DNA of 63,998 nucleotides, filler included, from Stramenopiles sp. TOSAG23-3 (Eukaryota): assembly GCA_900128585.1 (NCBI GenBank). It is 5 parts of 5 records of this genome, joined end to end, with 100 filler letters (N's around TTAATTAATTAA, not from the genome) between each part and the next. Parts side by side here need not be neighbours in the genome. Positions count along the whole stretch, not along the records: positions 1 to 13,205 come from LT642636.1; 4 more parts are not named here. One strand, 5' to 3'. Position numbers and translations under genes: made by a program. The first letter of the stretch is position 1. Each line of letters starts with the position of its first letter. Shown here piece after piece: positions 1 to 10,208 of this stretch. The notes below the pieces were generated by a model. It was not told the DNA's origin, did no database searches, and worked only from the letters and a program-made list of their open reading frames with translations.

Positions 1-287
1 TTTTCTTCTTCTTCTTCTTTTCTTCTTCTTCTTCGGTCGTTATTTTTGAAATAATAGACGACCGACGACCGACTACTAATAATAATTTTTTTAACATTCA
101 ATGGAACAAAGAAAAAGTTCTGACGATTAGACAGTATAAAATGGGAATTGAGAAAACATTCTTCCATCCAAAGGATATTCTTCCCGTAGATGAATCCCGC
201 GTGTATTGAAAGGCGGCAAGTAGGTTTTTTTTTAAAACGGCAAACCTTGTTTCTGTCTTGGGCTCCAACTTCCCTTCTGTGGCGAGC

Positions 288-3200
288 ATGGCGCAGCAAC
301 CAAAAAAGCGTTTGGTCGACTATTTTTCAGTATTTCACCGGACGTTCAAGGGAAAGGTGACTTGTTTTCCATCGCCGAAGGACCAACATGAAGATGCACC
401 TTTTCCAGGAGCGCATGTTGTTGGCATGTTCTGCTTTCCATTGCTCCACCCTTGCACAGAAAAGCAAAAGGTCAATTTTTTTACGCTGACTTCGGCGGAC
501 TATTCGCACACGTACGGTGTGGTGCTTCGTTTCCCAAAGCCCTCGACAGCGGGGGGGGAGGAAGGCGGGGGTGGCGATCGCGGCACAGACGGAAGCAAGT
601 TACCGCCCCCCCCGTCGAAAAGATTTTTAATAGACACACAAGACGATACGGGCGAGGAAGACAGCGTCGCGGAGCAAGCCATTTGCCTCTTATCTCATTT
701 TCCGTTCTTCAGATTGTTTGAACAACTGTTGGAGGAGATTTACACGATCTTCGTTGGGGGCAACTCCGACATGACCAACGTCCCTCCCTTGGAGCGATAC
801 CTGCAGTACATCACCAGTGAAGTTCCCGTTCCGGGACGTGGGGAATGCTTGCACTTGTGTTTGCGAGAGTCTGTGACTTTCAAGCAACACCGGTTTCCCA
901 TCAAAGACCTTCCTGAAGTGGACCAAGCCTCGTTTCATTTGTTGTTCAAAACGTTGAGCCATGAAAACATTGTCCAGATCATTGAAGCCATACTGATGGA
1001 GCAACGGATTGTGCTGATGTCGGAGCACATGGAGATTTTGGCCCCCATCGGGGAGGCGTTGATTGCGCTCATATTTCCGCTTCAGTGGCAACTAATTTAC
1101 ATCCCCATGCTGCCCAGTTACATGACCTTGAGCTTGAAAAGCCCCGTGAATTACATAGTCGGTGTTCACACTACGAGCGTATTGGAAAGCGAGGAGGACC
1201 TCGAACTCCCCGCGGCGCTGGTGGTGTACTTGGACAACGACAAGGTCATAAGCCCGGTCATGTGCGAGATAATGGTGGGGGACAACGACTTTGTAGATGC
1301 AATACCAAAGCTACCGGCGAATCTGCGACAAAATTTGCTGGATATGCTGGAGAAAGTTGGGGAGGCGGACCAGGAGAAAGCTGGAGACGATGCACTATGG
1401 CCTTTTCAAGTTCAAGCATGTTTTCTACGTGTGTTCCTCAAACTGTTGTCTTCCTACCGGCATTACCAAAAGGGGGGCAAGGCCGGCAATCTGAAAGGCT
1501 CGGGAAGCACACCACGTGCTGACTTTGATTTCCGCGGGTTTCTTCAATCACGGGTCTACTTGGCACGGCAGTTTTTGTCGGCTTTGGTTCGCACGCAGTC
1601 GTTTCACGAGTTTCTTCAGGCGGACGTCAGGGGGGACCCGGAAGTAAACGCGTTCGGCCGTTTTATGGCACTAGAGCGCGCAAACGTGCGGGCCGGAAAA
1701 ACGAAGGACGACATAGACCAGCAGCTGTTTTTGCCGATGATAAAGGGGTCCAAAACGGTTGTTCTAAAACCCGACCCAGTAGACGACACACCAGTGTTTG
1801 GGGACCCTCAGCTTTTGCAGAGGTGGCAAAAGCGGAGGGCCTCAGTTGCCGCTACGGGGCTCTTCCCTTCCCCCGACAGCGATTTTCTTCTCCCCCAACG
1901 CGACGACTTTTTTGTCACTCGGTTTGTCAATGGGGTAAAAATAGACGACAGCGCCATGCTTGACGAATCCCCAATGCTCCCGCCTACAAAATCGGCGCAC
2001 AAGAGGGGCCGGCATACTCGCGAGGTGTCTCACATGATTGTGCAGCGATCGCTGCGCAGGGTAGAGAGTTGCGATTCGGTCACTAGGGACTCCATCATCC
2101 TATCGCCAAGCACGTTTTCAAGCGGGCGAGATACCAGTGCAGACTGGGAACGGGACAGCAATGCGTCGGGTACGCCGTCGGGGGGCACTCGGAAAAAAAT
2201 GCTAAAGGCGAAAGGGCGCTCGAACAGTTTGTTTAAGCCACGCCACCGAAGAACATCGACAGCACCCGCGGGGTTTACGCCAGGGAGTTTGAAAGTCAAA
2301 GCATTGGGGCTTGGCGCAACGTCGCCCACCCTTGGCGTTGAACCCGAAGACGGCGACGCGGTGTCGATCCCCCTGAAACGGATGCATAGCGCAAGTGTCA
2401 ACTTCAACGGAAAGGGCACTGTGATAGCAAAAGAGAGCCCGGCGAACGGTGCGTTCGACCCGTTCGAGCGAGGTTTGTCCCCTATTATAGGCGCGGTCGG
2501 AAGTAAGCGTGACGATGGAATATTTTCGCATTTCGATGCCGTTAGAAAGGCGTTGGGGAAAAGCCGCGCCCGTGCCGACGCCGCCGAGGCAAAGGCAGAG
2601 CTTGCGAATGTGAAGCTGAAGGAGTTGCACATGCGAGTAGTAGAGTTACAGCGAGAGGCCATTCAAGGCCGAGAAGCGCGTTCGCCTGCCATGGACTCCA
2701 AGGATCATTGGCGTCTTGCCGCAGCGCTGGCAAAAGTAAAAAAATTGGAGAATACCGTCACTTCGCAGGAAAGGAAATTGTTGATGTACCAGGAAGAACT
2801 GAGGCAAAACGAAATGTACCAGTCTCATTTGCTGGCCAAGGTTAAGTTGAATATTACTAAGAAAGAGCTTACGGACAGTCGCAAAGCGTGGTTGAGTGGA
2901 ACAAAAAGCCGCGGAAGCCCTGCACAAAAGATCGAAGAAGGGATGCCCCGATCAAGTACGCCAGCAGCGTTGAAGTCTTCAGTCCCAAAAAGTGCTTTGA
3001 AGAATTACAAGGCCTCTCAAATGCAGTACCAAGCCAAGCCCAAATTGTTCAGCAGGAAGGACGCTGAGTTACGAGTGTTACAGGAAAAGGTAAAGGAGCT
3101 GCAGGCAAGGTTGGAGAGAATGCGAAGGTATTCAGAATCGAGGGGCCGGCGAAAGTTGGTAGTATCAGCACTGCGGAAAGCACAAACGGCTTCATCGGGG

Positions 3201-3698
3201 GACGGGCTGTACGGCCAACTTCGAGCAGTAAAAAAGGCCCTGAACGATGAGATGGTCCACACGGACAAGAGGTATACCGACCTTGATACCCTGCAGAAGA
3301 CGCTGAGGGAAGGGAATACCATGCGCGATATCGTATCGAATGCAATTGATTTGAAGCACGTGAAGGAAGACATGGACTTTCAACTAGAGACGTTGATACA
3401 ATTGAACAAAGGGCTCGAGATGATTGTGACTAAGCAGAAAGATGGCGTTCCAGCGGCGACCGCTCCCCAGAAGAAGCGACAGGCGGGCAATCAGCCGAAC
3501 AAACAAGCCGGTGCTCAAGTCTTACGAAGGACCAGGCCACCCCCGCGTAAAAACGCTGTCCCAAGACGAAAGTCTTCGTTTCAGCAGAATATCCTGAATC
3601 GAAAGAGGACACCGCAGCGAAGAAATCCTTCCGTTGCCCCCCCGGTCCCCAAAGCCTTGAGCAGAGGCAGGGTAATTAGCCCCAGGGCGGAAGCTTGA
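288..3698 (+). CDS. DENN-domain protein (putative Rab GEF) with C-terminal coiled coil
   Basis: Long ORF with uDENN/DENN/dDENN motifs: FCFP, FTLTSADYSHTYG, AICLLSHFPFF, LMEQRIVLMS, LIFPLQWQLIYIPMLP, FLSALVRTQSFHEF. First ATG is at 288. Confidence 0.85.
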   Translation: MAQQPKKRLVDYFSVFHRTFKGKVTCFPSPKDQHEDAPFPGAHVVGMFCFPLLHPCTEKQKVNFFTLTSADYSHTYGVVLRFPKPSTAGGEEGGGGDRGTDGSKLPPPPSKRFLIDTQDDTGEEDSVAEQAICLLSHFPFFRLFEQLLEEIYTIFVGGNSDMTNVPPLERYLQYITSEVPVPGRGECLHLCLRESVTFKQHRFPIKDLPEVDQASFHLLFKTLSHENIVQIIEAILMEQRIVLMSEHMEILAPIGEALIALIFPLQWQLIYIPMLPSYMTLSLKSPVNYIVGVHTTSVLESEEDLELPAALVVYLDNDKVISPVMCEIMVGDNDFVDAIPKLPANLRQNLLDMLEKVGEADQEKAGDDALWPFQVQACFLRVFLKLLSSYRHYQKGGKAGNLKGSGSTPRADFDFRGFLQSRVYLARQFLSALVRTQSFHEFLQADVRGDPEVNAFGRFMALERANVRAGKTKDDIDQQLFLPMIKGSKTVVLKPDPVDDTPVFGDPQLLQRWQKRRASVAATGLFPSPDSDFLLPQRDDFFVTRFVNGVKIDDSAMLDESPMLPPTKSAHKRGRHTREVSHMIVQRSLRRVESCDSVTRDSIILSPSTFSSGRDTSADWERDSNASGTPSGGTRKKMLKAKGRSNSLFKPRHRRTSTAPAGFTPGSLKVKALGLGATSPTLGVEPEDGDAVSIPLKRMHSASVNFNGKGTVIAKESPANGAFDPFERGLSPIIGAVGSKRDDGIFSHFDAVRKALGKSRARADAAEAKAELANVKLKELHMRVVELQREAIQGREARSPAMDSKDHWRLAAALAKVKKLENTVTSQERKLLMYQEELRQNEMYQSHLLAKVKLNITKKELTDSRKAWLSGTKSRGSPAQKIEEGMPRSSTPAALKSSVPKSALKNYKASQMQYQAKPKLFSRKDAELRVLQEKVKELQARLERMRRYSESRGRRKLVVSALRKAQTASSGDGLYGQLRAVKKALNDEMVHTDKRYTDLDTLQKTLREGNTMRDIVSNAIDLKHVKEDMDFQLETLIQLNKGLEMIVTKQKDGVPAATAPQKKRQAGNQPNKQAGAQVLRRTRPPPRKNAVPRRKSSFQQNILNRKRTPQRRNPSVAPPVPKALSRGRVISPRAEA

Positions 3699-4252
3699 TT
3701 GAGGAGGCCTATAAAATATTATCTGAAGACTAATTTGAAAATCGATCCCAATTCAATGATTTGGAGTTCGGAATCACCTCCTGATCAAATAAAAAAAAAC
3801 AAAATATATATGATATGATAGTATGTTATTAATTAAGAATAAACAAAATATATAGTAACTTATGTTTTAAGACTCTCATTTTAAATCAAATACTAATACG
3901 AAAATGTTGTCAAAGTTAATTATAAGTCGAATTAAAAACGAAAAATTTGGCTGTTACTTCAGTAAATTAAAATTAATCTTCTTCATAAACCGCAAAAGTG
4001 AATGTGCTCCTTTTGTCCATTAATTGTTTACGCTCCTTTTCACATACACTGCGAACTTATTTCTGCTCCTGAGATTTTACTTAATCAATATTACCCTTGT
4101 CACTTAGTCTTGCGTATCATTCTCGTGTGTACTCCGTGCATGATCCGAATCGGTATGTCTGTTTGCGTCGATGTCAAAAGACCCGTAGTCAACTTCCTCA
4201 TCAGATGCCTCACTCGTAAATGAATCGCTCCTACTTCCTACCAAATTAATTC

Positions 4253-5437
4253 TTACCTCATAGGTTTGCGGATGTCAAGCTCTTTCCTGAAGAGCCTCGT
4301 TAACGCTTCGAGCGCCGCAATAAAAGGAGTAGCGTCCGAGCGATCGCCGATCAGAAAGTCTACAAACTCATCCACCGATTGGAGCTCTTCGACCGGCGCG
4401 GCAGCCCCACCCCCCACTTTACGCTTTTTCGCTGCAGTTTTGGAAGCAATGTTTCGGATACTATCAAGCGCAACAATCCCAATGTCTTCCTGGGCCCTTG
4501 TCAGCTTCATCCTGGCGTCCTGTTCTTGGTCCCCATAGTACGTGACCAAGTTTCTGAGCTCGTCTGCCCTGTTTACCTTGGCCTTTACGTGGTCGGGAAC
4601 AGTGGACTGGATGGCCACATCTTTGATTTCATCGAGGTCCTCTTCCAGCACCCCAAAGTCCGGGGTTTCGGGGTACTCCCTCTTCTGCAAATGCCCGGGG
4701 AGTCGCCAGTTCAGGTCTTGGTCGATAATCAAGTAGCGCATTTGCCGTACGAGCTCTGTGTATTTAATGAGTTGATCCTTTCTCATCTCGTCTGGTTTTG
4801 GAATGGCTTCGATGAGAGCTTCCCCCACGATTGTATTAGACGTCGTTAGGCGGCGTAAATTCGTAAGTGTATACACCAGCGTGTCTTCAACCCGCTTGTC
4901 TTTGTAATGGCGACTGGACTCGCCCGATTCCTCGTTGCACATGTACGTCACTATCTCCCCAACAAACCTTTTCATCCTGGCATCTCTCCGGTTCGTATCG
5001 ATGAGCCTTTCCAAGTCCTTCAAGAAAAGTTTCTTTGAAAGCAAAAAGTGCCCATTAAGGAACGCGTAGTCCCGGGGCCTTTTCCCCGGGGTAATGTTGA
5101 CATGTTGGTAGTCTTGCTCCCCCGCAGAGTCCGTAATCTCGCGGTACTTGTCTACGACATCACTCCGCCAGCCTTTGCCCAGAAGCATGTTTACTAACTT
5201 TTCGTTCCCGTTTATTGCGGCTTCGTGCACCGCTGTCCTTCCCAACTCTGCCTCTACCCAGTCACGCTTGTACTGCCCCCGAGTGTTTGTATCTACGTCT
5301 GTAACTTTATATCCAGGGTGCTCGTCCAAGAACTCTAAATAAACGTCCCCCTCCAAAGCTTGCGTGCAGGCCTCCATACTATTGTACAGTGCCGCCCAAT
5401 ACAGGGCAAAATCAGAAGTCCCTCGACGGATCGCCAT
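4253..5437 (-). CDS. Ankyrin-repeat protein with helical C-terminus and NLS-like KKRKV
   Basis: GRTAVHEAAINGNEKLVNMLLGKG and GKRPRDYAFLNGH are ankyrin-like. First ATG is at 5437. Confidence 0.7.
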   Translation of the reverse strand: MAIRRGTSDFALYWAALYNSMEACTQALEGDVYLEFLDEHPGYKVTDVDTNTRGQYKRDWVEAELGRTAVHEAAINGNEKLVNMLLGKGWRSDVVDKYREITDSAGEQDYQHVNITPGKRPRDYAFLNGHFLLSKKLFLKDLERLIDTNRRDARMKRFVGEIVTYMCNEESGESSRHYKDKRVEDTLVYTLTNLRRLTTSNTIVGEALIEAIPKPDEMRKDQLIKYTELVRQMRYLIIDQDLNWRLPGHLQKREYPETPDFGVLEEDLDEIKDVAIQSTVPDHVKAKVNRADELRNLVTYYGDQEQDARMKLTRAQEDIGIVALDSIRNIASKTAAKKRKVGGGAAAPVEELQSVDEFVDFLIGDRSDATPFIAALEALTRLFRKELDIRKPMR

Positions 5438-5789
5438 TTGTGCGTGGGCGGACTGGACTGGCGTTGGCAAAAACCTACGACGAATAAGTGTTGGAACACG
5501 CTTGGCCTGTGAATGCACGTAAAATTGCGTAAAATATCAATGCAAACTGATTCTTGATTGTTTCCCTTTTTCTTCTCTTCCTTTTTTTGTTTCCTACACA
5601 AAGTTACTAAAAATATAAAATAATCACAGACACGCACAAAACCATTTTTATTATATATATAAATAATAATTAAGCAGAAGAAGAAGAAAGAAAAGAAAAA
5701 AGAAAAGAAGAAAAGAAGAGAACGAAGAAGAAGAAGACCTCTCCCTCGCGTCGTACACAAATACACAAACAACAAACAACAAAAACAAG

Positions 5790-5824
5790 AAATCCAAATC
5801 CAAATCCAAATCCAAATCCAAATC
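5790..5824 (+). repeat. (AAATCC)n hexamer microsatellite
   Basis: About six tandem units. Confidence 0.85.
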
Positions 5825-6461
5825 AATCATCCCAAAAACATAAAATTAATACCTTAAGTTATTATTAGGAATTATAGTATAAATAATATTAATAATTATA
5901 AAATACTATTTTATATATTTGTATTGATTAATAGTTATTATACGAAAGAAATAGATAACTTATATTAATACATGTACTCCTTATCATATAGTATAAATAA
6001 TATAAAGTACTCTTATTACTTAAAATACATTTCAAATAATAAATTTTAGAATTTTTTAAGAAGCTTTTTGGAAGCTTTTTGGTTTTATTGATGCTGTGTA
6101 TATGTTAAAACATAATAATTATTCAAAAGATGATGGTTTTGATTTTACTCTTAAAGTCTATACTGTGTAGTGTTATTTTTAAACTTTTTTAAAAAATCCA
6201 ATAAAATAAAAAACTAGAAGAAGACAATCTGAGTTGTTGTACTACTTGGTAGTTAATAAATAATATTGTATAAGATTGGTGAGGAGTATTTATAGAAAAG
6301 TAAGATGTTCTTGTACAGAGAAAAGGTAAAGTATGTTTTGAAATTATTTTTTACGTTGAAGATGTTCATCTATTAATTCTATTGAAATGAAATAGAAATT
6401 TAACTACAAATTCATTTGTCGAAACTTATCATTTGCACGCACATACCACAACTGTTGAAAT

Positions 6462-8120
6462 ATGACGACTCTTTTCCCTGGAGGACAGTTTCCAGGTAGC
6501 GGTGGATCCGGAGTGAACTCCGCAGCCCTCTCCCTGAAGTGGGGAAAATGCTTCGTTGTTGATTTGGACAGCGGGAAGAAGTTTAAAGTGACCGCCGACA
6601 AGAGAAAGGGGCAACTTTCGCTGTTTCGTAAAGGCATGGACGGAATGAATCATCTGAAATGGAAGGACCGCTCCACTGGGTCCGAAGAAGAAGACTTGTT
6701 CATTTTTCCCGGCGAACAGACCGTCGAACGGGTAGACACCGGCAGGCCCGACGACCGTGTTTGGCTGTTGCAGTTTAAGAACGGAAAGAGGCTATTTTTT
6801 TGGAGCCAAGAGTTCGACGAAGAGGCGGAGAAAGAAAAAGTAGAGGACCTAGGAAAGTTTTTGAAAGACCCATCAACGATACCCGCGGTCCAGGCGGCAG
6901 CAGCATCCGGCGGCCCGGCGGGCGCTGCCGCCGGAGGAGGCTCCCAGGCCGACCAGCTGCGCGCTTTTCTAGGAGGGGCGGCCGGCGGAGGCGCTGGCGG
7001 CGGCAACATCTCGGAAACGGATTTGAGGGCGATTTTGCAGAGCATGGGGGGCGGCGTGCCGGCCCCGGCAGCCCCGCAGGCCGCACAGCCAGGCCCCCCT
7101 CCAGCCCCCGCTGGGGACGCTGCCCCAGCTAGTATCGGTGAGTTTCAAGAGGACGAAATGCTTCGCATGGCCATTGAAGCCAGCATGAGGGAAGCTTCTG
7201 GGGCGCCGTCGTCTGGCGGCGACGCGGAAGGAAGCGAGGGGACAGAGGGCGAAGGAAAGAAGGATGGCGAAGATACTGGCGGCGACGGGAACGGAGACAG
7301 TGCATCGTCGTAAACAGCTCTCGAATGCTCTCGGTTATGTTGTATGTTAGTATCCACCAGACCCTGATTTTCATTCTCGCAGGCAGCCCCGCGCTGCCCT
7401 GCATTCCTTCGTCCCCCTCCCCCTCCCTCCCTCCCCTGATCTCTCTTTGAACGATTCTCAAGAACACGCCCCTAACATCGAACGATCAATATTTTTCTGT
7501 TTTGTTGTTGTTGTTGGCTCTCTCGCAAAATTGCAGAGGCAGATGTTCGTAGTGAAACCACGGTGGCGGAAGACCCGCCCGCGGCAATAGATGAAGAGGG
7601 TGACGGGGAGGACGAGGAGGAAGATGAGATGCTGGCCGCGGCGATTGCTGCCAGCATGGCCAGCTCGTCCCCGCCAGAGCCCGCACCAGCCGCGGCAACC
7701 GGGGGCGCTGGCCCCTTGTCCACGGATGCAATGACGAGCTTGTTGCAGGCTATGTTTCAGGCGCAGCAGCAAACGCGCCAGGCGCCGACAGTCGTGCCTT
7801 TGAACACCATCGTGACACCCGCCAGTGTTAGCCACCTGCTGGACGACCCGAAGGTTGTCGAAGAGCTGCTCCCGCTGCTTCCCGAAGGGCAGCGGACCGA
7901 GGAGGAGCTTCGGTTGACGATATCGTCGCCCCAGCTTCAGCAATCGCTGCGTAGTTTAACCAACGCCTTGTTGTCGAACAACTACAACGCGGTGCTGGCC
8001 AATTTTGGGTTGAATGCCGCCGCGGGCGCGGAAGCGATGGCGCAAGGGAACACCGTCCTAGCTTTCATCCAGGCACTGCAACAGCAAGCCGAGGAGGGCA
8101 AGAAAGACAATAACGAGTAG
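6462..8120 (+). CDS. RPN13: Proteasomal ubiquitin receptor Rpn13/ADRM1; exons 6462-7137 and 7537-8120
   Basis: Pru domain (VTADKRKGQL, HLKWKDR, EEDLFIFPGE, RLFFWSQE) in exon 1 and DEUBAD/UCH37-binding domain (LLPLLPEG, SSPQLQQSLRSLTNAL, LAFIQAL) in exon 2. A phase-1 GTGAGT...TTGCAG intron (7138-7536, CTAAC at 7472) joins them in frame. Confidence 0.85.
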
Positions 8121-8538
8121 GAAGGATCGGGGAGAGAGAGAACGTTGAGCGGGAGAGTTGCTTTTATACCTCCAGTTTTAAGAATCATATAGGGAGATTT
8201 TACAAAGAATTTCGTAAGATTACAGGATTACACATTTTAGTGAAATAAACAGGCGAACGAACGTTTTGCCCACCACGAGCTAAGAGTTACACCTGGACAA
8301 CACCCCTCCAACATTTCTTCTTGTTGTGCAATCTTATATCATTTAATGGTCATAAAATTTTAAAAATCAAAAGTGTAATTTTAAAATAAACGACCTTGCA
8401 ATTATCTACACACACACGTGTTGTTTGGAGCACTGCGCGGGCACATGCATCGCCTGTGCGATTCACGTGTGGACTATACTGTAAAAACAACGCACAACAA
8501 AAAACACGTACATGCTGGAAAAAAGAAGAAGGTGCGTC

Positions 8539-8841
8539 TCACTGGGCAGCCGCCCACGAGGCCTTGAACGCCTCCTGTTGAGCCCGGCACAGGTGAAATT
8601 TATTTTCGTTGTTCGCCATGCACTGTTTGTAAGCGTCGAATTCAGCTTTCGATGAACTGTTGATCTTTTTAAACACAGAGAGAACACACCCGGTAACCTG
8701 GTCCCCTACTTTTAGGCAATCGGATGGAGGCCCCTGCATGGACTTGCAAAGCAAAAAGGCGTGGTTTTCCTTCACGCAGTCGGTGCCTATAACCGAGCTT
8801 GCGGAAAGCAACTCACTAGACGTCACTTCTGTAAACGACAT
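8539..8841 (-). CDS. NDUFA8: NADH:ubiquinone oxidoreductase subunit A8 (CX9C protein)
   Basis: TSSELLSASSVIGTDC-x9-C...C-x9-C...CRAQQEAF pattern of NDUFA8/PGIV. ATG at 8841, with a possible upstream intron (GTTAGT...TTCCAG). Confidence 0.8.
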   Translation of the reverse strand: MSFTEVTSSELLSASSVIGTDCVKENHAFLLCKSMQGPPSDCLKVGDQVTGCVLSVFKKINSSSKAEFDAYKQCMANNENKFHLCRAQQEAFKASWAAAQ

Positions 8842-9346
8842 GGAAAGTATCTGGAAAGCGATAAATGTATTGAATAAACCGAAGAATAAAAACAAACAAG
8901 GGATTATTCACTAACTAACTGAATTCTTTGCACGCATTCTTCATTTTGAATATCATCTAAAAAAAAAAAGAATCAAATCCTTTCTTTCCTTTCCTTTCTT
9001 CAAAAAGAAAACAAACAAGATTATTTAATTATTTTAATAATAATGTGATGATGATGTTATTAGATGTGGTGGTGAAGATTATTTTCTGTTAATAATACAT
9101 CATTCATCAAAAGAAGAAGAAAGAAGGAAGAAGAAGAAGAAAGAAAGAAGAAGAAGAAAGAAGAAGAAATAATATTATTATTAAAATATTTAAAAAACAA
9201 TAATAATCATCTTCTTCTCGATGGACGGACGGACGGACGAAAAAATTGAGAATTGAAAAAACAATATTCCTATTTAAATATTATTAATATACTAATAATT
9301 ATACTTAAATATAATCTATTTTTTCAACTGTGCTGTAAATCGAGTA

Positions 9347-9690
9347 CTTTCTTCTTTCGTTCTTCTTTCTTTCTTCTTTCGTTCTTTCTTTCTTCTTTCT
9401 TTCTTCTTTCGTTCTTCTTTCTTTCTTCTTTCGTTCTTTCTTTCTTCTTTCTTTCTTCTTTCTTTCTTCTTTCTTTCTTCTTTCTTTCTTTCTTCTTTCT
9501 TCTTTCTTTCTTCTTTCGTTCTTCTTTCTTCTTTCGTTCTTCTTTCGTTCTTCTTTCTTTCTTCTTCTTTCGTTCTTCTTTCTTCTTTCGTTCTTCTTTC
9601 GTTCTTCTTTCTTTCTTCTTTCTTTCTTCTTTCGTTCTTCTTTCTTCTTTCTTTCTTCTTTCTTTTTTATTTCTTCTTTTTTTTTATTTT
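9347..9690. repeat. CTT/CTTT low-complexity microsatellite tract
   Basis: Direct reading. Similar tracts occur at 1-33, 9110-9170 and 24350-24452. Confidence 0.9.
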
Positions 9691-10208
9691 CAACTACTAC
9701 ACCACCACACTAAAACAAAAACGATTAATATTATTAGGAGGAGACAGGAAGAGGAGGAGGAGGAGGAGCAGGAGAGGAGGGTAAAAAAAAATAATAATAT
9801 ACTTATAGTATTAATATATTTATTATATTATAAAAAATGCACAGCGCATGCTGCAACACAAATGCCATTGAAAACGTCATTGAAATAAATAATTTTAAAT
9901 ATATCAAGCAGAAAGATAGAGAGATAGATAGACAAACTGAGAGGACAGAAAGTATTTCTTGTTCTTCCAAAGGAATTTCTTCACGCTCATTTCTCTCTCC
10001 GCCTGCCTACCCACGGACCCACGACGACGACGGTCGGTAGTGAGCAGTTCTGGTGAAGGGCCGCCGCGTTACGACAAATAACGTTTTTCCATCTTCGCCG
10101 TTGTTTCCCGAAAACGGGCGAATTTAGGGCATACATAGAGGCGTTGCTGTTCGGCAAGCATTCGGTTCCTTGCTGTAGAACCGCCCTGCTGCGCGTGGGT
10201 TCGCCAAG

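Noticed and set aside
5790-5824. Telomere-like (AAATCC)n
   Set aside because: Internal, short, and not a TTAGGG/TTTAGGG-type unit.
6462-8120. Rpn13 split into two separate genes
   Set aside because: A canonical in-frame intron joins the halves, and the second ORF lacks a convincing own ATG upstream of its coding-like region.
9253-9888. Phe/Ser/Leu-rich and poly-Arg ORFs here and at 5335-5826, 24193-24580, 29265-29625, 60525-60776
   Set aside because: They are translations of GAA/CTT microsatellites in AT-rich spacers.
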